A DNA stretch of 64,000 nt. Source: an uncultured Candidatus Sumerlaeota bacterium (GTDB lineage Bacteria > CAYMEV01). Position numbers and translations under genes: made by a program. Under the pieces are notes generated by a model, which made no database searches, was not told the origin of the DNA, and saw nothing but the letters and a program-made list of their open reading frames with translations. Positions within the stretch are counted from its first letter, which is position 1. Each line of letters starts with the position of its first letter. The stretch spans positions 62,001 through 126,000 of the forward strand of contig CAYMEV010000001.1 of NCBI GenBank assembly GCA_964389675.1. Reading direction: 5' to 3'. This document shows positions 19,212-30,600 of the stretch, piece by piece.

Positions 19212-19490
19212 ATGGATATGAACTGCATAGAAGGCAAAAACAGAGGAAAAGTAGTCCTGTATGCATTAAGTACCTGTGTATGGTGCAAAGAGACAAAAAA
19301 ACTGCTTGATAGTCTCGGGGTCGAATACTGCTTTATTGATGTTGACCTGATTGACAAGGAAGAGGAAGCAGAAGTAAAGAAAACCGTTACGAAATTTAAC
19401 CCATCCTACAGCTTTCCTACATTAATAATCAATGATGAGTATGCAATACTCGGATTTAAGAAAAGACAGATAACTGAAGCGCTCGGGTAA
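19212..19490 (+). CDS. Glutaredoxin/NrdH-like redoxin
   Basis: YALSTCVWCKETK, SFPT cis-Pro loop, ILGF; start uncertain (19200/19212/19218). Confidence 0.9.
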   Translation: MDMNCIEGKNRGKVVLYALSTCVWCKETKKLLDSLGVEYCFIDVDLIDKEEEAEVKKTVTKFNPSYSFPTLIINDEYAILGFKKRQITEALG

Positions 19491-19984
19491 TGGAAAAGAA
19501 AATATTGAAGAAAAAAGCTGAAGAGCTCTATAATAAGCTAAATTCTGAGGCTGAGTCATCGGGTTATTTCCTTAACCCGGACAGAGAATTTACCATGGCC
19601 CTTATGGAAGGCCTTACCATAAACCTCGAAAGATATGGCTATCTTTCCTGCCCCTGCAGGCTTTCTTCAGGAGACAGAAGTAAAGACATGGATATAATCT
19701 GTCCCTGTGATTATAGGGATCAGGATGTAGAAGAGTACGGCAACTGCTATTGTGCCTTATATGTCTCTAAGGATATAGCAGAAAAAAACAGAGAACCTGG
19801 GCCTATTCCGGAAAGAAGGAATACAGAAAAGAAGGCTGCTGGAAATGACAGCCTGAGATCCGCCAGTCTTTCCTATCCTGTATGGAGATGCAAAGTATGC
19901 GGCTATCTCTGTGCAAGGGAAAATCCTCCAGGGATATGCCCCATATGCAAGGCTGATAAAGAAAGGTTTGAAAGGTTTATATAA
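19490..19984 (+). CDS. Ferredoxin:thioredoxin reductase catalytic-type subunit with C-terminal rubredoxin-like domain
   Basis: SCPCR, ICPCD, NCYCALY; C-terminal WRCKVCGY...CPICKA. Confidence 0.92.
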   Translation: MEKKILKKKAEELYNKLNSEAESSGYFLNPDREFTMALMEGLTINLERYGYLSCPCRLSSGDRSKDMDIICPCDYRDQDVEEYGNCYCALYVSKDIAEKNREPGPIPERRNTEKKAAGNDSLRSASLSYPVWRCKVCGYLCARENPPGICPICKADKERFERFI

Positions 19985-19993
19985 TCTTTATCA

Positions 19994-20917
19994 ATGCATC
20001 ATCACCATCACCATAATGCCAATAAGACGGATATAAGCCTTTCAAGGCTTCTTATAATAATCCTGTTAAATTTTTCAATTACAGCAGCAGAAACCGCAGG
20101 TGGCCTGATATCAGGCAGCCTCTCTCTTTTATCTGATGCCCTTCACAATTTAAGTGATGGAATTGCCATTATAATCAGCTATATAGCACTCAAACTGAGT
20201 AAAAAACCCAATACTCTCAGAAACACCTTCGGTTTGAAGAGAGCTGAGATAATTGCTGCATTATTCAATACATCCTTTCTTGTGATAATTATATTCTTCC
20301 TTTTGAAAGAGGCTGTTATAAGGCTGACAGATCCGTCGGATATCATGACAGAACTCATGATAGCCGTTGCATCAATAGGCTTTACTGCAAATCTTGTATC
20401 AGTGCTCCTGCTTAAAAGATATTCTTCAGATAATATAAACCTTAAATCCGCTTACCTCCACCTTTTTGCAGATACCTTAAGCTCCATTGCTGTAATTATA
20501 GGAGGGGTGTTCATACATTTCTATCATATATACTGGCTGGATCCTGTAATTACAATACTGATATGCTTCTATATCCTGAAAGAGGGGTATTATATCATTA
20601 AAAAGGCCCTTGGAATTCTTATGCATACAACACCAGAGGGCATTGACATTCTAAGGATAGAGGAAATGCTTCTGGATATACCTGATATTCTGAATGTTCA
20701 TCATATCCATATATGGCAGCTTAATGAGGATAGCATATTCTTTGAATGCCACATAGACCTTGAAAAGGATATGAAGCTGAGCGAGACTGCCACAATCAGG
20801 AAAAGAATAGCAAAAATACTTAAAGAAAGGCTTAATATCAGCCATATTACCATACAGGCGGAATTCAATTCATGCAAAGACAAGGACCTTGTAAATGAAG
20901 GAAATTGCATCAATTAA
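19994..20917 (+). CDS. Cation diffusion facilitator (CzcD/ZitB-like) metal exporter
   Basis: N-terminal His6; SLLSDALHNLSD; TFGLKRAE; AYLHLFAD; HHIHIW; HITIQ. Confidence 0.93.
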   Translation: MHHHHHHNANKTDISLSRLLIIILLNFSITAAETAGGLISGSLSLLSDALHNLSDGIAIIISYIALKLSKKPNTLRNTFGLKRAEIIAALFNTSFLVIIIFFLLKEAVIRLTDPSDIMTELMIAVASIGFTANLVSVLLLKRYSSDNINLKSAYLHLFADTLSSIAVIIGGVFIHFYHIYWLDPVITILICFYILKEGYYIIKKALGILMHTTPEGIDILRIEEMLLDIPDILNVHHIHIWQLNEDSIFFECHIDLEKDMKLSETATIRKRIAKILKERLNISHITIQAEFNSCKDKDLVNEGNCIN

Positions 20918-22568
20918 ATCGATTATGAGATCAAAGAAGCTGGCAGAGTATTCATCCAGGACAATACTGATATTTTTACTGCTAATAATTCTATCTTTTT
21001 CAGATATTAATGCAAAAGAGAAATTCCTGATAATACATCTTGACGGAATATCGTCAAAAAGCTTCCATGATGAACTGAATGAAGGGAAAATCCCTAATAT
21101 TTCTGCTTTTATAAGACAAGGGGCAATTATACCTTATTGTTTAAGCCTGTTCCCCGGGGCCACGGAGGTCATAGTTCCAAGGCTCAGAGAAGGGATTGAC
21201 AACAGCAGAGGCGAGCTTATCGGATGGGGCAACTATTACAGGGATACAGGCAGAAGAACAGGAAAGCCCACTGTATTCGTAAAGCTCAATCAGGCTATGC
21301 CAAGAAGGAGCCGAATCAGCTTTCTGTTTGGGATCCCGGGATTGCACTATATTAATGGATATGCCCTGCTCAATACTGCAGGGCTCTTTGAACTCTATGA
21401 CATAGTCTATTATTACTGGTTCAGCACCGATACTTTAGGACATCTCCTGGGCAAGCACTATCAGTTTAGTGACCTTGAGAGGTTTGACAAATTCTTCGGA
21501 AGATTATTAAAACTGCTGGATGAAGACATAAATATCATCATATACATGGATCACGGAATGTCATTTGAAATTACTGACACACTAAAACCCAGGGATGAGA
21601 TCCGCAGATATATACCAGAAGACAAAATTCTTGCCATTATCACTCCTAATATTTACCTTAAAGACAGCAGCATTGAGAATAAGGACAGGATAAGCCTGGA
21701 ATTAATCCAAAAGAGCCGGTACGATTTTATCTTCTACAGGATTGATGAACATACTGTAAAGGGTTTTCACAAGGAATCAGCCTTTTTCTTCAGTGAAAGG
21801 GACGGGAAATTTGCATACCATTTTACCCAAAAAGATGTGATGGGATATTCTGAAACAGGATACAGGGGAGAATACCTGTCAGCCGATGAATGGCTTGGGC
21901 TTACCAGAGAACATAAGTTCCCGGGGACGGCTGTAAATATTTTTCGATACCTTCAGAATCCATTTACAGGCGATATAGTCGCTGTGATAAACCCCCCGGT
22001 AATACCTGTCGACCTTCATGCAGTCAGGGCGCATCATGCCGGAATAACGGACACGGACCTGCTGGTACCTGTTATGCTAAAAGGGCCTGCTCTAAGACAT
22101 CTGTATGATAAAGAATACCTGTGGCTTCATACACTGTTTCAGAAGATACCTCTTCTGGACTTCAATGATAATGTTCCGGAAAGAGAGATGAATCAGATTG
22201 CCTACTCTTACAGCTTAAGGGATGATGAAGACCGGAACAATATCTTTCTTTCCATGTCCCCCTCATACAGGTGGAGATTCAATGCAAGCTCAGCTGAATG
22301 TAATTCCTTCTGGATAGACAGGGATATATTTTCAGGCTATTTTTTAAGATTATGGCTCGGCTCAGGTATCAGAAGATTTGAATCCGAAACAGGGCCAATT
22401 CTGTCCCTGTCCTGCGAATTCAGGATCCAGAAGCTTTCTTTCAATGCATATACATTCTATCCAAATGAAAAATCCGCAAATATATATTCACTAAGCTGCA
22501 GGTTATCCAGGAATATCTCTCTATGCTGGACATTCCCAAAGAAAATCGGTATTTCCTTTGTATGGTAG
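20895..22568 (+). CDS. Alkaline phosphatase superfamily (nucleotide pyrophosphatase/phosphodiesterase-like) exported protein
   Basis: Signal-like N-terminus; HLDG, TDTLGH, MDHG, HHAG metal-ligand motifs; start uncertain. Confidence 0.7.
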   Translation: MKEIASIKSIMRSKKLAEYSSRTILIFLLLIILSFSDINAKEKFLIIHLDGISSKSFHDELNEGKIPNISAFIRQGAIIPYCLSLFPGATEVIVPRLREGIDNSRGELIGWGNYYRDTGRRTGKPTVFVKLNQAMPRRSRISFLFGIPGLHYINGYALLNTAGLFELYDIVYYYWFSTDTLGHLLGKHYQFSDLERFDKFFGRLLKLLDEDINIIIYMDHGMSFEITDTLKPRDEIRRYIPEDKILAIITPNIYLKDSSIENKDRISLELIQKSRYDFIFYRIDEHTVKGFHKESAFFFSERDGKFAYHFTQKDVMGYSETGYRGEYLSADEWLGLTREHKFPGTAVNIFRYLQNPFTGDIVAVINPPVIPVDLHAVRAHHAGITDTDLLVPVMLKGPALRHLYDKEYLWLHTLFQKIPLLDFNDNVPEREMNQIAYSYSLRDDEDRNNIFLSMSPSYRWRFNASSAECNSFWIDRDIFSGYFLRLWLGSGIRRFESETGPILSLSCEFRIQKLSFNAYTFYPNEKSANIYSLSCRLSRNISLCWTFPKKIGISFVW

Positions 22569-22569
22569 A

Positions 22570-25383
22570 TTACTGCCAGTTAAGCCTTATTCTCCACTCC
22601 TGAGACTGCCCGTCAATAAATACCGCCTTAAGGACATAGAAATATATTCCGCCTGGCTTCACATTATCATCCCATTGATATAGATATCCCTGTGAAGGCC
22701 CTCCCTGTCCAGGAATCAGGCTGGAATTAAGCTTAACAGGGGCATATGATACAAAGGGGCTTACCTTCTTGCCTACTATCCTGTAGAGATTATAACCGAG
22801 CAGGTTGACTTCAGATAATGTATGCCATTCAATATCCACAATACCCCCGGAACCCAGAGCGCTAAAATAATCCAGCTGAACTTCATTGGGCAGGGTCTCA
22901 GCCTCAAAGAAGAACTCAATATTAAGAATGTCAGAGGCTGAATAAAAGTAGGACATCGAAGATCCAGACCAGTCAAGAGGATCCCCATCATAGGAGTCTG
23001 AATAGGCATATACAGTCCTTATGTCTGCGGAGGCTGTCCAGTAGCATTTTCCGTATTGAGATGTCCAGGCATTATTGTTAAAGGACAGATCAAGCATTAT
23101 GTTATCCTGCCCATTATATTCAAAGGGAGTGTCGAAACAGAAGCTGTTTATCCCGGTGGCAGATATTGTTTCATTATTCTGATATACTACAGTCCAGCCG
23201 GTATTTTCAAAACTGGCATTGCTGTTATAGTTATCCTTTGATGTGTGCTTAAGCCTGATAGTCCAGTTATCGAGCTGTCTGCCAGGCAGGCTTGTGACAT
23301 TTATCGACAGCCCCTTCAGTGTCTGCGGCTGATCCCCCATTTCAGAGGCAGCATAAATAATCTGTGTCCTGTTATCATGATAATAGGTGTATAGGGGAGC
23401 TTTATCCAGGATCACGGTGCCATCACCAATATGAATCCCGCCCATTGTTTTGAAGGAAAGGCAGTCTGTATTTGCTGTATTGCCTGCAATATCCATTGCA
23501 TAAATACTGAAATAATAGCTTGTATCCCCTTCCAGGCCGTTTATTTGCCCGCTGTGATCAGTACAGAAGCTGTCCTCAATCAATGTATACATATTAAGGT
23601 CATCACAGGATAATCCGTAATATATATATGATATTGATTCCTCATTTGTCTGGAATGTAAATCTTGCACTGCTTCCAGTTATTTCAGTTATAACAGGATC
23701 GGACACAGCAGGCCCTGTACAGTCTATAAGGGCTTCAGCAGTCTTGTATTCAGAAGATCCGCCTCCTGTGTCCTCGTCAAAATACGATACAGTAAGGATA
23801 TTATTATGGTTTACTTCATAATCAGTTCCAAGCAGTACACTTCCCTCAAAAAATCCGGGCATGGATGCAGGATATAGATCAGTATTAATTCCGGCGGTAT
23901 CCTGATCATGCTTTACATTCACAGAGATATACTCCTGGCCGGCCAGATCAGTGTCGATTACCTGTATATTCACCTCCGAGCTGCAGCTGTAAATATCGCT
24001 GTCAAGCAGGACCATTCCGTCAGAAGTACTGCTTATTATGCCTGCAAGATGCGCGATCGATGCAATAGATGCTCTTGCAAAATCCCTGAAATAGTCAAGG
24101 TTCAGATACATCAGCCTGTCATTCACGGTATGGTAGTAGGGGTTAAAATCCCCGTCATCCTCTTCAATGCCCAGGATCGCAGAATACCCGTAATCCCAGA
24201 ATGATGCGTGATCACTGTATGTAAGACCGTTGGATACTATCTCCGGTACCAGGTTCAGGCTGTAGATATCTATTATATCTGCCATAGTATCTGCAAGTAC
24301 CATGGTGGAGGGTATCTGGCTTTCTTTTGCATGAATCCTGATAACAGGATCCCCGGTTGAATCCCATGCTATCATATCAAGATTAATAACACCTTCTATA
24401 TCCATTCCTGAATTATAAGCATCCTGGGCATAATATCCGCTCCCGATCAGCCCCTGTTCCTCTCCGGTCCAGAGAGCATATATGATTGAATAATCAAAAA
24501 GGTAATCAGAGAAAAGCTCCGCAGCAAGCATAACAGCTACAGACCCGCTTGCATTGTCATCAGCACCGGGGCTTGTTGCACCCGATGGCATGCTGTCAAT
24601 GTGGGCACATATTATATAGTATTTATCAGGATAGAGGGACCCTTCCTGTTTTGCGATTACATTTCTCTGTCCGGGTCCTGAAAAATAATGGTACTCCGCA
24701 TCCAGCCCAAGGCTGGAAAAGAACTCATATGCATACTGGGTAGCCTTTTGTATCCCTTCGGTATAATTGGAATTTCTGCTGGTAATAGTATAATCAGACC
24801 CTCCTATGCTTACGGGCCATTCCCCGCTAAGGCCGCCGCAGTAGTTATAGACTGCATCATTGTCAACTGAGCTTATCAGGTCATTTACAACAGGATCAAA
24901 CTCAACAGTTCTCTCACTGCAGTATTCCGAAGGAATGCTTACAGGTTTTTGAACAAGGAATATTTTGGCTATCATTATCCCTGTTTCAGGGAGCTTTTCA
25001 GCTTCCTGAGCAGTTGAAACAATAATATGATCATCATGGTCTGAAAATATTATATCATAATCCCTCAGAACTGATGCCCATCCATCCGACCTGGATACAT
25101 TGAGAATATAATATTCCTTATTTTCTATATTACTGTCAATGATCTCAAATTCAATCCCTTTATTCCTTAACACGGTGCATTGTTCTGCATTTATGCCAAT
25201 TACAGCATAATTATTTATATAATCAAAAACAGCAATAGAGCTTTTTTCAATCAGCTCCAGGTACTTTAATTCAATTACCGCCATATCGTTATGGATGCAG
25301 TTTTCAGCATTAATTGAATAATTCAGGCATGAAAATACCATTAGAAGCATTATAGCGGATAACAATATTTTTTTAATTTTCAT
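22570..25383 (-). CDS. Protease A: secreted M28 peptidase + linker L1 + FN3 + Y-domain + tail T1
   Basis: Signal peptide; CAHIDS, GADDNASG, GEEQGL, NLDM, SDH, YYHT (M28 Zn ligands); DGMVLLDSDIYSCS; APLYTYYHDNRTQ; VQLDYF tail. Confidence 0.92.
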   Translation of the reverse strand: MKIKKILLSAIMLLMVFSCLNYSINAENCIHNDMAVIELKYLELIEKSSIAVFDYINNYAVIGINAEQCTVLRNKGIEFEIIDSNIENKEYYILNVSRSDGWASVLRDYDIIFSDHDDHIIVSTAQEAEKLPETGIMIAKIFLVQKPVSIPSEYCSERTVEFDPVVNDLISSVDNDAVYNYCGGLSGEWPVSIGGSDYTITSRNSNYTEGIQKATQYAYEFFSSLGLDAEYHYFSGPGQRNVIAKQEGSLYPDKYYIICAHIDSMPSGATSPGADDNASGSVAVMLAAELFSDYLFDYSIIYALWTGEEQGLIGSGYYAQDAYNSGMDIEGVINLDMIAWDSTGDPVIRIHAKESQIPSTMVLADTMADIIDIYSLNLVPEIVSNGLTYSDHASFWDYGYSAILGIEEDDGDFNPYYHTVNDRLMYLNLDYFRDFARASIASIAHLAGIISSTSDGMVLLDSDIYSCSSEVNIQVIDTDLAGQEYISVNVKHDQDTAGINTDLYPASMPGFFEGSVLLGTDYEVNHNNILTVSYFDEDTGGGSSEYKTAEALIDCTGPAVSDPVITEITGSSARFTFQTNEESISYIYYGLSCDDLNMYTLIEDSFCTDHSGQINGLEGDTSYYFSIYAMDIAGNTANTDCLSFKTMGGIHIGDGTVILDKAPLYTYYHDNRTQIIYAASEMGDQPQTLKGLSINVTSLPGRQLDNWTIRLKHTSKDNYNSNASFENTGWTVVYQNNETISATGINSFCFDTPFEYNGQDNIMLDLSFNNNAWTSQYGKCYWTASADIRTVYAYSDSYDGDPLDWSGSSMSYFYSASDILNIEFFFEAETLPNEVQLDYFSALGSGGIVDIEWHTLSEVNLLGYNLYRIVGKKVSPFVSYAPVKLNSSLIPGQGGPSQGYLYQWDDNVKPGGIYFYVLKAVFIDGQSQEWRIRLNWQ

Positions 25384-25590
25384 ATGAATTAACCTCCAAT
25401 AATCCAGGCCATTTTAGCTGAACCAAATGCAGATGCCCCTGTCTTGCTGATATATTAATGGTCATTTACTTGCAATCAAAAAGATCATAGATTAAAAGCA
25501 ATATGCTATTATTAAAAAAGCCGGTAAAAATCAAAATAGCACAGGCTTTTCAAACCAGTATAAATCAAATTTCAGTGTCAGCCAGTTCCC

Positions 25591-27520
25591 CTACAGGCCA
25601 ACCACATAAAATGATATACCCTCATAGGTCCAGTTTGGAAGCTGAATAACAGTATCCCTTTCTGNNNNNNNNNNNNNNNNNNNNNNNNNNNNNNNNNNNN
25701 NNNNNNNNNNNNNNNNNNNNNNNNNNNNNNNNNNNNNNNNNNNNNNNNNNNNNNNNNNNNNNNNATTCGCTTATCGTATAGAGATGGCCTCCCCTGACAT
25801 GGTTGAAAAAACGGTAGACAGGAGTTGTTCCCTCAGCCTGAGCAGTAAATACATAGAATTTTACACCCTCGTAATTATAGTGAGGCAGTTCCATGACATC
25901 ATCCCTCTCAGCTTCACTGATTGTATAGAAATGAATACCTGTACGGGTATTGAAAAAGCGGTAGACAGCTGTTGTGTCAGGCACTTCCAGATCATACACA
26001 TTAAATACAATCCCCTCATAGTCCCATTGAGGCAGGTTTTCCTCTATATAATCCCTTTCTGATTCGCTTATCGTATAGAGATGGCCTCCCCTGACATGGT
26101 TGAAAAAACGGTAGACGGGCACAGGTACATACTGGGGCGAAGTAGATTCCATATAGACATTACCCATAAAGGTGCTTGTATTCCAGTCAGTACCTACCAC
26201 AACTCCGCTTACTGTTTTATCATAATAGCCTTCAGCTGTGAAGTTAACCGTATATGTCCCCGGAAGGAGCATCTTATGAAAAAGCCCGCTTTCCGGATCG
26301 CTTTCAAATTCCCAGTTCAGGCCTGTTATTGTGTACTGCGCGCTTACAGGCTGATGTGTTACAGAATCAAGCACATAACCCTGGACCCCCCTTCTCAGTG
26401 CGCCTGCATAATAAAGCATGGAATATTTATTGTCCTGCCAGAGCTGCGGGAGGGTATTCGAAGGCGGGGCAAAAGAATCTGAAAGTTCAATGGTAACCTG
26501 TGTATTGCTGTGATAATAGGTTGAATAATCCTGCATCCCCCCGTGCACTATATACCAGTCTGCACCATTCGTAATCCCATTGTCAAAATAATAGGAATTA
26601 TACATGGGGTCGTTAAAGCTTGAATACCTAAGGGAAAGCTGGACGAGCAGGTCATTTTCAGGATGGTTGGCATAGGTCGTATCCCAGGGATAGTTTACGA
26701 CAAGGGCGCCAGTATGGAAATTTGCTGAGAGGACTCCCCTTCTGTCATGATAAAACTGCATCAGTGCAGCTGTCTCCACCTGCTTTCCTGAGGGTGTATC
26801 TTCAGGGTCTGTTACGAAATCAGGGAAATTCCTGTTGAGGTCATAACCGTTTGCATTTTCCCTTGAGCTGTCTACAAATCCATCAGGGTTCATTACCGGC
26901 ATGACATATATGTCAAGGTCATCAAGAAGGTTTGTAGCATAATCATCCGTGCCATAATTATATACCAGGTAATTGATGAATTCCATGCACATCTCTGTTC
27001 CGACAGGCTCATTGCCGTGCATGGTGGATATATAATGGAATTCAGGCTTGACAGGATCAAACTGCACATTGCTGGTTATCCTGATAAAATAAAGCGGCCT
27101 GCCTTCCACGCTGTTACCTATATTGATAAGCTGTGCAAGAGACGGATAGGTCTGAACAACAGATTGCAGTTCATTAACAATTTGAGTGAATGTCCTGTAT
27201 GCCAGCCTTTCTTTTCTGTATGAGGGATCTTTATATAGTTCAGCAGTAGTAGGTATATCAATATAATCAAGCCCGAGAGATTCGAAGAACATAATGTGTT
27301 CTTTCTCTGCATAGCATGAGAAAGCCTTTTCAGCAGGTATGAATCTGTCAATGATAAGGTTTGTTCCTGTAACCGCTTTCAGCTCAGCCGGTGTCTGGTA
27401 TTCAACCCTGAGATAACGGGAATCCCCTATATATCCATTATCATAGCTATTATTACCGAATATCGAGCCTGAAAATAACATAATAGCTATGCTTATTAAT
27501 ATGAAAAGCCTGAATTTCAT
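25591..27520 (-). CDS. Protease B: secreted M14 (carboxypeptidase D/N/E-like) + regulatory beta-sandwich + tail T3 (three VYRFFN..HLYT repeats, DUF5648-like); spans the N gap
   Basis: MHGNE, NPDG, DLNRNFPD, SANFHTGALVVNYPWD, GGMQD, TIELS. Removing the 100 N gives an in-frame end ...SERDTVIQLPNWTYEGISFYVVGL*, with TAG at 25591-25593. Confidence 0.9.
25665..25764. other. 100-N assembly gap inside protease B repeats
   Basis: Run of exactly 100 N. Confidence 0.99.
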
Positions 27521-27586
27521 CTATAACTCCTCTTATTATTTATTAACCTGTAAAATTAATAATATGCCTGTTTTAATTTTTGTAAA

Positions 27587-27611
27587 GAGGCAGCAAGATC
27601 TTTACTGCCTC
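27587..27611 (-). terminator. Hairpin, probable intrinsic terminator after protease C
   Basis: GAGGCAG...CTGCCTC inverted repeat 33 bp past the stop; short T tract; related to the 34610 hairpin. Confidence 0.6.
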
Positions 27612-27644
27612 AATTATATTTGCTCTTTCCGATAATTCGGCATA

Positions 27645-30600
27645 TTAGTTCCATACAAGCCGGACACGCCATGTTTCCGTTTCCGAGCCTGCGTTTATTG
27701 CTTCAAGGATGTAAAAATAACCTCTGCCATTAACCACCATATCGCTGTAGTAATATACATGCTCCTGTGATGGCCCCCCCTGGCCTGCAATAAGTTCAGA
27801 ATTGAGCTTTACCGGGATATACGATATAAAGGGGCTTTCTTTTAATGCCCTTTGCCTGTAGACATTAAAACCAAGGTTATTCACCTCTGAGAGTGTTTTC
27901 CATTCAATATCCACCTGGTTTCCAGTACCCTGGGCTGTGAGGTAATCAAGCAGGACACCATCAGGCGGAGGCGTCTCAGATTCAATCCCTAGCTTTATAT
28001 TAATTATGCTGTTGGCTGAATAGACTGTGGGAGCATTCCCTGAAGACCAGTCAAGGGGATCGCCGTTATAAGAGTCTGTATATGCATATATTGTTCTTTT
28101 GTTTGAGGTCGATGTCCAGTAGCATTTGCCATATTCATAGACCCATGAGGAATTATTAAATGATATATCAAGCATCAGATTATCAGTTCCATTATATTCA
28201 AAAGCCTCAGCAAGATCAAAATCAATCCATCCAGTCTGGCTTATATTCTGATTTGCCTGATATACAACTGTCCATCCAGTATTTTCAAATACTGCTGATG
28301 TCTCATAATCCTCCTTTGATGTATGCTTCATGCGTATCGTAAAGCTGTTCATTACAGAACCGGGAAGATCAGTAACATTAATTCCTATTGTATTGATGGT
28401 AAAAGGGACATTTCCCAGATCTGAAGTCTGGTATATTACCTGTGTGCGGTTGTCGTGGTAATATGTATAAAATGGAGCATAATTTATCATAGAGGTTCCG
28501 TCACCCACTATAAATTCATTTAAGGTTGTAAAGCTATAGCATGAGCTCAGGCTTGTATTGCCCGATACATCCGTTGCTTCCACCTTGTAATAATATGTTG
28601 TGTTCGGCAGAAGGCTGTGGATTGTACCCTCATGCTCCAGAACATAGCTCGTGCTTATATCAGCTGAATTGATAAGGTCCATGCACGAAGGCCCCCAGAA
28701 AACCTTGGAGATCGCTGGTTCCCCTGTCTGAAAGGCTATATCTGCAAAATTGCCTCCCAGTGTCTGGATCTCCGTTCCTGTTATTGCCGGCCCCTGGCAG
28801 TCTATGGATGCATTTGCTGTTTTTGTCTGCGATGTCCCGTTGCCAATATTAACATCGTAATATGACACGGTCAGGCTATCGCCGTCAGCTGTAGAAATAT
28901 CACTGCCTAAAATTACAGAACCTTCAAACAGGCCATCTACTTCAGTTTCAGCAAGAAAGATATTTATACCTGTCGGGTCGGAGCTTGTAAATACATTTAC
29001 CATCTGTGTACCCTGGCCTTCAAGGCCTGCATCAATTAAAGCTATAACTGCAGTATCGCTGCAGGAATAAACATCTTTATTCAGTGAGACTATGCCGTCC
29101 TGTGTTGCCCCGGCCATTATAGTTGACTGATATACGGTTGTATTATAGCCTGTAACTGTTATATAAAGCTCATCTGTAGGCATTATAGGGTTTTCAAAGC
29201 TTAAAGAGGCAACACCCATAAAATTTGTATAGCCGGAGGCGTATATAGCTGGATTATTCTGTGCAAGGATACATACAAGAGCCCCTTCAAATGAAGAGCC
29301 GTCTGCCTGCACGCCAACATTGACAGAGGTCGACCCTGAAGGTATCAGGGCAGGATGGTTTACTGTCAGTATAGCAGGATTAGCAGTCCTGACTGTTAGC
29401 GAAGGATCGCCAAAAAGATTATACCATTCGAAATTATCCTCTGTGGATGAATTCCATCCGTCTTCCGCGACCAGATACATCTGTCCTGCCAGGCAGCTTC
29501 CGCCGAAGGAATAGACCGGATCCTCAAAATGGTGCTTTGCAATACCTGTTGCCATGATGGCGGGAGGATCCCAGCTGACGCTTACGGAACCCCCGTAATA
29601 GCCGACAGCTCCCTTTGGGGCTTCTGGTGTCCCTGCCCACATCCATGCTTCTCCGAAACACTCAGATATATCATCAAACTGGCCGTTCATACATGCCACA
29701 TCTATGAGTACAGGGAGTTTGAAACCATTGGAAAGCGCATGTACCTGTGTATTGCTGAAAGTAGTATTGACGCTCCCCCATGATGTTCCGCTTCCGTGTC
29801 CTATATAGGTAGCCCATGTCCTTCCGTCGTTTATGGCAGCACTGATGTTTGCTGCCGTTGCATTGCCGTCCCCCTGAAAGAAATAATCATGGTAGGTGTA
29901 TGTACCATTAAGCAAATATGTGGCAATACCGTTAATATAGTCCTCATCTGACGGGTTTGAGCCCTCATTGCTCGCAATGCCGAAAGCCTTGCTGTAGAAT
30001 TCTCCAGCAGTTCCTGTAAAGGGATTCTGTTCGTAATTAACTATCTTGGATACCTGTATGTCAACATGCCCTGTGTTTTTGGCAAGAATCCTGCCAATGA
30101 GTATATCAGGGTAGTTATCACCATCCATTAATGTATAGGGATAATCTGAAGCTGCACTCCCGTATGCCGTCGATCTGTAGTTAGGAGGTATACCGGTGGT
30201 ATGGCCTACAAAAAGCACATAAGAAGGTTTTGGTACATAGGTATCATATGCATTATCAATTGCGTTCTGTATTGCTGTAGTAGTGCTTCCGACACTGCTC
30301 ATAAGCAGCTTGTAAACCTTGATGCCCTTGCTGTTCTTCCAGTCTATGAAGGGCTGTATTGATGATTCAAGTGCATCCTCGACAAAAAGAAGCATGGATT
30401 CTGCTTCAACCCGGACACCTCTGCTATTAGTATTATAGTTCAGGACAGTTCCTTCATAAAGGGCATCAAATGTCCTGGATACTGAACCATCCTTAAACAT
30501 GCGGCTTTCAGAGCCTGATTTAATATCAACAGCAACTGTGATCCTCTTATGTACATCAAGCCTTCTTTCTGCAGGATTATACTGGAAAGGGTAGATCCCG

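Noticed and set aside
19994-20014. Engineered His6 tag
   Set aside because: Mixed CAT/CAC His-rich N-terminus is typical of natural CDF transporters; no vector sequence.
25622-25664. ORF-track C-terminus RKGYCYSASKLDL of protease B, or a pseudogene call
   Set aside because: Frame artefact of the 100-N placeholder; the correct frame continues the repeat to TAG at 25591.
25591-26130. Diversity-generating retroelement template/variable repeats or a CRISPR-like array in T3 repeats
   Set aside because: Repeats are in-frame protein repeats; no reverse transcriptase or cas gene in the window and no adenine-specific mismatch pattern noticed.
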